From: an uncultured Gemmatimonadota bacterium
Lineage (GTDB): Bacteria > Blakebacterota > Blakebacteria > Blakebacterales > Blakebacteraceae
Length of the DNA: 64,000 nt
Direction of reading: 5' to 3'
Assembly (NCBI GenBank): GCA_964576115.1
Contig: CAZNUA010000015.1
Span: 1 to 64,000, forward strand
Position 1 is the stretch's first letter. Each line of letters opens with the position of its first letter. Made by a program: the position numbers and the translations under genes. Below, piece by piece: positions 58,940 to 64,000 of this stretch. The notes beneath the pieces are model-generated. The model did no database searches. It was not told the DNA's origin and saw only the letters and a list, made by a program, of their open reading frames with translations.

Positions 58940-59168
58940 GACACCCTTCCCTTCAGGTTCGATTCTGAACGCTTACCGCGCGGTGCCGCCACCGGTACGG
59001 ATCCCGCCCCGGGGGTGGTGATTGCCGCTCACAGGATAGTGCCTGTACAATCGTCGGGCCATGCTCCACTCATACCGCCCGGAACCGAATCTTACCGCGG
59101 GCAGGCACTGCCCGAGAGCCGACACCGGACAACTGCACACTCCCGCTCTGCCGCAAGGAGCCGATCTC

Positions 59169-61181
59169 ATGCCCCGCCTTCTCAGCCTCTTCGCTCTCGC
59201 CTTCCTTCTCGGAACCCCGAACGCCGGTGCCCAGGACAGACTCCTGACCTACTGGGATCTCATGACCCTGAACAACACCGGCAGCACCGTCATCTCGCCC
59301 GACGGCCGTTTCATCGCCTTTACGGTGAGCCGGCTCGACACCGCCGAGATGGAAAGCGAAACCCACATCTGGCTCGGCCCCGCAGACGGTTCGGCCCCAC
59401 CCCGGCAGTTCACCAATGGGGCTTCGAGCGAGTCGAGCCCGCGCTTCACACCCGATTCGGGCCGGCTCACCTTCATCGCCACCCGGGGCGAATCGAAACG
59501 GCAGGTCTGGGTCATCCCTCTCGACGGCGGCGAAGCGGTCCAGCTTACCGAATTCGAGGACGGTCTGCCCGGCACCCCCGTCTGGAACCGCACCATGACG
59601 GCTTTCGCCTACTCCGAGCGCGAAGAGTGGCCCGACGAGGAGGAACGCAAGGCACGTGAGGAGCGAAGAGACGATGTGCGCATCGTCGAAGAAGACCGGG
59701 CCCTGCATACCGACCTTTTCGTCTACGATCTGGAGAGTGGAGAAACACTGCCGCTCACCGATGACGAGTTCGACAACTACGGACCGGTCTGGTCGCCCGA
59801 TGGAGAGTGGATCGCCTTTACGAGCAACCGTTCCGACCGGCCGTGGTACAGCTCGGATACCGACCTCTTCATCGTCCCCGCCAGCGGTGGCGACATCCGG
59901 ACTCTGGCGGCGAGCGAGGGGGCCGAAAGCGGACCGACCTTCAGCCCCGACTCGCGTTTTGTCGTCTATTCGGCCAACACGTCGAGCGGACGTTCGCACG
60001 AAGATTCCGATTACTGGCTCGTACCGGTCGACGGCGGTCAGGCCCGCAACCTGACCGAAAGCTTCGATTATTCGGTCGGCGGCGGGGTTGCCTTTGACCC
60101 CGATGGCCGCACATTCTGGTTCACGGCCGGGATGCGGACCGACACACAGCTGTTCCGCTGCGATGTCAGACGCGGACGGGTCGAGCAGATGACATCCGTA
60201 GCGGGCAGTGTCTCCGGTTTTTCCTTCAGCGACGACATGACCCGGGCCCTCTGGCGCTACACCGCCCCGCAGTGGCCCGACGAGGTCATGGTGGGAGAGC
60301 CGGGAACAGCGGGCAGGCAGGTCACCGATCTCAATCCGCAGCTGCGCGATTTCACCGTCGCGGAGCAGAACGTCATCACCTGGCGCAGCAGCGACGGCCT
60401 AGAGATCGAGGCGGTTCTGACCCGGCCAGCAGATCCGGAAGCGGGTGGGGGCTATCCGACGATCTTCGTCATTCATGGCGGACCTCACGGCCGGCACTCC
60501 AATACGTTCAATACCCGTATGGCCCAGATGTTCGCCGCCCGCGGTTATCTTGTCGTCGGTCCCAACGTACGCGGCTCGTCGGCTTACGGCACCGCTTTCG
60601 GCCAGGCCGACGAGGGCGACTGGGGCGGCATGGATTTCCAGGATATCATGGCCGGGGTTGATTACCTCATCGCCGAGGGACTCGCCGATCCGGAGCGGCT
60701 CGGAATCATGGGCGGTTCCTACGGCGGCTTCATGACCTACTGGTCGATTACGCGGACCGACCGCTTTGCGGGGGCCATAGCTCATGCGGGAATCGTCGAC
60801 TGGTGGTCGTTCTGGGGGCAGACCGATATTCCGACGTACATCGAATACGGTTTTCTCGGCCTGCCCTGGGAGACCAAAGAGATCTACGAACGCTGGTCGG
60901 GGATGGAGTATATCACCAACGTCCGGACTCCCCTGCTGATCACCCACGGCGAGGAGGACCGCCGGGTACCGATCGCTCAGGCCGAACAGTTCTGGCGCGG
61001 CCTGGACCGTCTCGGCCTGCCGGTCGTCTTTCTACGGTATCCCCGGGAAGGGCACGGGATCGGTGAACCACGTCACCGGATCGACCTGTACCAACGCCAG
61101 CTGACCTGGTTCGACTTCTACCTCAAGGGTGAGGGGGAACGCTCTCCGGACGGACGCTACGATCTGCCGGTTTCCAGATAG
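59169..61181 (+). CDS. S9-family peptidase (acylaminoacyl/dipeptidyl peptidase), secreted
   Basis: PD40-like repeats (WSPDG), HGGP, GGSYGG, HGEEDRRV, EGH. Confidence 0.93.
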   Translation: MPRLLSLFALAFLLGTPNAGAQDRLLTYWDLMTLNNTGSTVISPDGRFIAFTVSRLDTAEMESETHIWLGPADGSAPPRQFTNGASSESSPRFTPDSGRLTFIATRGESKRQVWVIPLDGGEAVQLTEFEDGLPGTPVWNRTMTAFAYSEREEWPDEEERKAREERRDDVRIVEEDRALHTDLFVYDLESGETLPLTDDEFDNYGPVWSPDGEWIAFTSNRSDRPWYSSDTDLFIVPASGGDIRTLAASEGAESGPTFSPDSRFVVYSANTSSGRSHEDSDYWLVPVDGGQARNLTESFDYSVGGGVAFDPDGRTFWFTAGMRTDTQLFRCDVRRGRVEQMTSVAGSVSGFSFSDDMTRALWRYTAPQWPDEVMVGEPGTAGRQVTDLNPQLRDFTVAEQNVITWRSSDGLEIEAVLTRPADPEAGGGYPTIFVIHGGPHGRHSNTFNTRMAQMFAARGYLVVGPNVRGSSAYGTAFGQADEGDWGGMDFQDIMAGVDYLIAEGLADPERLGIMGGSYGGFMTYWSITRTDRFAGAIAHAGIVDWWSFWGQTDIPTYIEYGFLGLPWETKEIYERWSGMEYITNVRTPLLITHGEEDRRVPIAQAEQFWRGLDRLGLPVVFLRYPREGHGIGEPRHRIDLYQRQLTWFDFYLKGEGERSPDGRYDLPVSR

Positions 61182-61307
61182 CGGGAACTTGATTATAATT
61201 GCGGCTTGCCACGACCTGCAGTGCTCGGATAGAGTCGCGGGAAGTTCATCGCGGTACGGGGTGAGCATTAGAAACGCGCATACGACTGAAGCTCCAGAGG
61301 TGATGCA

Positions 61308-61814
61308 TTGATGCGATCCATTCTGAAAATCGTTGCGGCGGCGGCGGTGGTTCTTCTCATGTCTGAGTGTGCCACCGGTCCGCAAGTTCAGAAATCTCTC
61401 GACGGCAATTACTCCGGGTCACTGTCCGGAACGCCGTTCGCCACCATCACCTTCACGATCAGTGGATCGAACATAACCGGTCAGGGGAATGTCACCGATC
61501 GCGATCCGCCGCTCTGGCGGGGTCGGGATGAGATCCCGCATATGGACATCACCGGTTCGCTCGATGGGCGTCAGATCTCGACCATGATGGCGACGGTGCG
61601 CATGGAACACAACGACGCCCAGAATGTCTTCGACGATCCGCCGATCTGGAACACCGCCGATGCCACCCTTTCCTTCACGGGAATCTTCAACAACCAGGCA
61701 GCGGTGGACGGCAGTTTCCAGGGTCAGCTGACCGCCAATCCCAGCACCACACTGGGCGGCACCTGGATCGCCGCCAAGGGCGGTGCTGCCGCCAGCGGCA
61801 TCCTGAAGCCCTGA
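61308..61814 (+). CDS. Hypothetical secreted/lipoprotein, beta-rich
   Basis: Signal peptide followed by Cys; RBS GAGG; no family recognised. Confidence 0.65.
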   Translation: MMRSILKIVAAAAVVLLMSECATGPQVQKSLDGNYSGSLSGTPFATITFTISGSNITGQGNVTDRDPPLWRGRDEIPHMDITGSLDGRQISTMMATVRMEHNDAQNVFDDPPIWNTADATLSFTGIFNNQAAVDGSFQGQLTANPSTTLGGTWIAAKGGAAASGILKP

Positions 61815-61860
61815 AGAACGGGCTCAATCGAATATCCGAGCAATCGGATCCGGGACAGGG

Positions 61861-62772
61861 ATGAGTGACCAACGCCACCAGGGCCTGGCTCACGGTGGCG
61901 GGAAGTCCCTCATCCCTTTTCGTCACACCTTTTTTCCCATCATCATCGGAGTCCTGACCGCCGCTGCCTGCGGCGCTCTCTGGACCTTTTTATTGCGTCC
62001 GCACCTGTTTCCCGGGACCGGGCCGCGCCCCACCCTGCATATCGTCGAGTTCATCGTCATCGGGCTTCTTGCAACGTTCTCTACCTTTCTGCTGGCCGGG
62101 CACGCCCTGGCCGGCAGAAGCGGGCAGATGGCCCTGCTCTCCGGGTTGGTGGAGAACACCACTGCGGGCGTCTGGATCCTGGACCACCAGCTGCGGACAG
62201 TCTGGTCCAACACTGCCCTGGCCGAGCTGCTGGGCACCAGGCCCGAACCGGGCTCGAGTCCCCTCCCCTTCCTCGACGCCGAGGGCGAGGAGACGCTGAA
62301 ACGCAACATTGCTCTGCGTCCCCGCGGCCTGGCAAGTTCCTACGAACTCACTCTCCACCGGCCCGACGGAGAGAAGCGATCGACGCTCGTTCTGGGCAGT
62401 CCGGTCCAGGATGAAGCGGGAGAATGGTTGGGTTCCTTCGGATTCTTCATCGACCTGACCGAACAGATCGAGGCCTTCGACCGGACCAGCCGTCGAGAGA
62501 AACTCGAGACCCTCGGTGCCGTCATCACCCGTCTGAACCACAGGATCAACAATGCCCTGATGGTCATCCGGGGACAGGCGGAGATTCTGTTGCGTCGCAC
62601 AGCCGAGGGAGACGATCGCAACGGTCCGGAGCGGATCATCGAATATGTCGATGTCATCTATGCCGAACTGGAAACCATCAGCTCCCTGAAGGAGATCGAA
62701 ATCGAATCCTACCCCGGGGGACATGCCATGCTTCGCCTGCCCGATGAGGATCATCCGGAAACCGGCGGGTAA
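61861..62772 (+). CDS. Two-TM PAS-domain protein with HisKA (DHp) domain and no HATPase domain
   Basis: LVENTTAGVWILD..N.AL.ELLG..DLTE (PAS); NHRINNALMVIRG H-box. Confidence 0.8.
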   Translation: MSDQRHQGLAHGGGKSLIPFRHTFFPIIIGVLTAAACGALWTFLLRPHLFPGTGPRPTLHIVEFIVIGLLATFSTFLLAGHALAGRSGQMALLSGLVENTTAGVWILDHQLRTVWSNTALAELLGTRPEPGSSPLPFLDAEGEETLKRNIALRPRGLASSYELTLHRPDGEKRSTLVLGSPVQDEAGEWLGSFGFFIDLTEQIEAFDRTSRREKLETLGAVITRLNHRINNALMVIRGQAEILLRRTAEGDDRNGPERIIEYVDVIYAELETISSLKEIEIESYPGGHAMLRLPDEDHPETGG

Positions 62773-62818
62773 GAAGCATCGCTTGTCCCGATATGCTGAA
62801 CGCATATCTTTGCACTCC

Positions 62819-63802
62819 ATGCCCTGTACAGTGAAGACAAAGCCCGAGCCTCTGCTCGCGAAGGCTCCCGGTCCGGCCGGTCGGGTTCTCCTGTTGTGTC
62901 TTCTCACGGCTCTGACCGGCTGCTTCCTGCAGCGCGAAGACGACATCGCCAAGGGTGACCGTCTGCTGGCCGAAGGCGAAATCGCCCGGGCGGTACACTC
63001 CTACCACAAGGCCCTGCAGCGCGATCCCGACAACGTCGAACTGCAGTACACCATCGCCCGGATCCAGGACCAGCGCGGTTTCGTGTCCGAAGCGATAGAC
63101 CGCTACGAAGCCCTGCTCGAGGATGATCCCGCCTATACCGAGGCCCGCCTGCGGCTCGCCGAACTGCTTGTCGGCGAAGGTCTGTGGCGCAGCGGCGAGG
63201 CCCAGCTGGCACGGCTGCGGCGCGAGATTCCCACCGACGTGCGGGTCAACAAACTCCAGGCCCGGATTTCCGAACACGACCGGCGCTGGAGCGAAGCTCT
63301 CGCCATCTGGCGCACCGTCGAGATCATTTCTCCCGACGATCCCGAGGTGTACCACGGCCTGGGGCGTATTTATCTGCAGCAGGGCCGGTATGAACAGGCC
63401 GCCCGCGAACTGCGGAAAGTTGCCCGGGTCGATCCGGAGTATGCCGAGGCCGGTCTCGAACTCGGCCTGGCCCTGATCGAACTCGGTCAGATAGATGAGG
63501 CCGAACAGGCATACCGCCGGTACATCGACTCTCACCAGCGCGATGCCGAGGCGTACTACCGGCTGGGGAATGCGTTGTTCAGCAAGAACTACATTTCCCG
63601 GGCGATTCAGCAGTACGAGCGGGCGATCAGCATCCGGCCGGGCTTTGCCGGGGCCCAATTCAACCTGGGCATGGCCCTGGTCCAGAAGCAGGAATTCACC
63701 CGGGCCCGGCAGGCTTTCGAGCAGGCCGCTTTCTGGTACGATACCGAGGAAGAGAAAGAACAGGCCCGGAGGATGATCAGAGAGTTGATCAGACCGGACT
63801 GA
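62819..63802 (+). CDS. TPR-repeat lipoprotein
   Basis: LTGC lipobox; repeated A..LG..Y...A...P TPR units. Start uncertain. Confidence 0.88.
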   Translation: MPCTVKTKPEPLLAKAPGPAGRVLLLCLLTALTGCFLQREDDIAKGDRLLAEGEIARAVHSYHKALQRDPDNVELQYTIARIQDQRGFVSEAIDRYEALLEDDPAYTEARLRLAELLVGEGLWRSGEAQLARLRREIPTDVRVNKLQARISEHDRRWSEALAIWRTVEIISPDDPEVYHGLGRIYLQQGRYEQAARELRKVARVDPEYAEAGLELGLALIELGQIDEAEQAYRRYIDSHQRDAEAYYRLGNALFSKNYISRAIQQYERAISIRPGFAGAQFNLGMALVQKQEFTRARQAFEQAAFWYDTEEEKEQARRMIRELIRPD

Positions 63803-63845
63803 TACACCGAAGCCGGTCATACCCGATCCACGAGAGGACAGCGGC

Positions 63846-64000
63846 ATGCCCGATCAACCGGTTGAACTCACTCCCGATCAGCTGCGTATCCATTGCGATC
63901 CGATGGTGTTCGACGTCGAGAGCACGGCTGAAATGGAACCCGATGTGGGAATTATCGGTCAGCCCCGTGCCGCCCGGGCGATCGAATTCTCCCTGGGAGT
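63846..64000 (+). CDS. Lon-like (S16/AAA_32) ATP-dependent protease, 5' part only
   Basis: Manual translation MPDQPVELTPDQLRIHCDP..IIGQPRAARAIEFSLG; runs off the window. Confidence 0.8.
   Translation, partial: MPDQPVELTPDQLRIHCDPMVFDVESTAEMEPDVGIIGQPRAARAIEFSLG

Noticed and set aside
1-64000. tRNA, rRNA, CRISPR array, integron attC array, prophage, selenoprotein read-through
   Set aside because: None recognised by eye; tRNAscan-SE, Infernal and CRISPR/integron finders would be needed to exclude them formally.

Overview
High-GC bacterial chromosomal window, mostly housekeeping and envelope genes. PadR/ADOP permeases, a GWxTD-like protein, a DUF5916 protein and many secreted peptidases suggest an Acidobacteriota/Gemmatimonadota/FCB-type organism (inference only). 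The left end holds decayed insertion sequences: a frameshifted ISL3 cut by the right end of an IS21 element with an istB fragment that the ORF track misses. About 45 CDSs follow, including nikR, galM, add, thiE-thiM, ald, a CoA-transferase, a znuABC-like transporter, dcyD, a ClC channel and M28/M1/C1/S9/M56/S16 peptidases. No rRNA, tRNA, CRISPR array or prophage was seen. The best candidate for an undescribed system is a self-contained ATPase + PD-(D/E)XK nuclease cassette (4648-6318) with its own promoter and operator, flanked by a 45-bp duplication of the 3' end of the neighbouring gene and lacking any integrase. A second solitary ATPase-nuclease gene with an apparently leaderless promoter lies at 41867-42982. 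Other oddities: a hairpin insertion with a 13-bp duplication that moved the thiE stop, two histidine-kinase-like sensors without a catalytic domain, a Tat-lipoprotein NAD(P) enzyme paired with an NTT-like transporter, and a hairpin MITE with solo ends elsewhere. The 100-N gap at 5200-5299 is an assembly artefact. All calls are from motif recognition by eye; no database searches were run.
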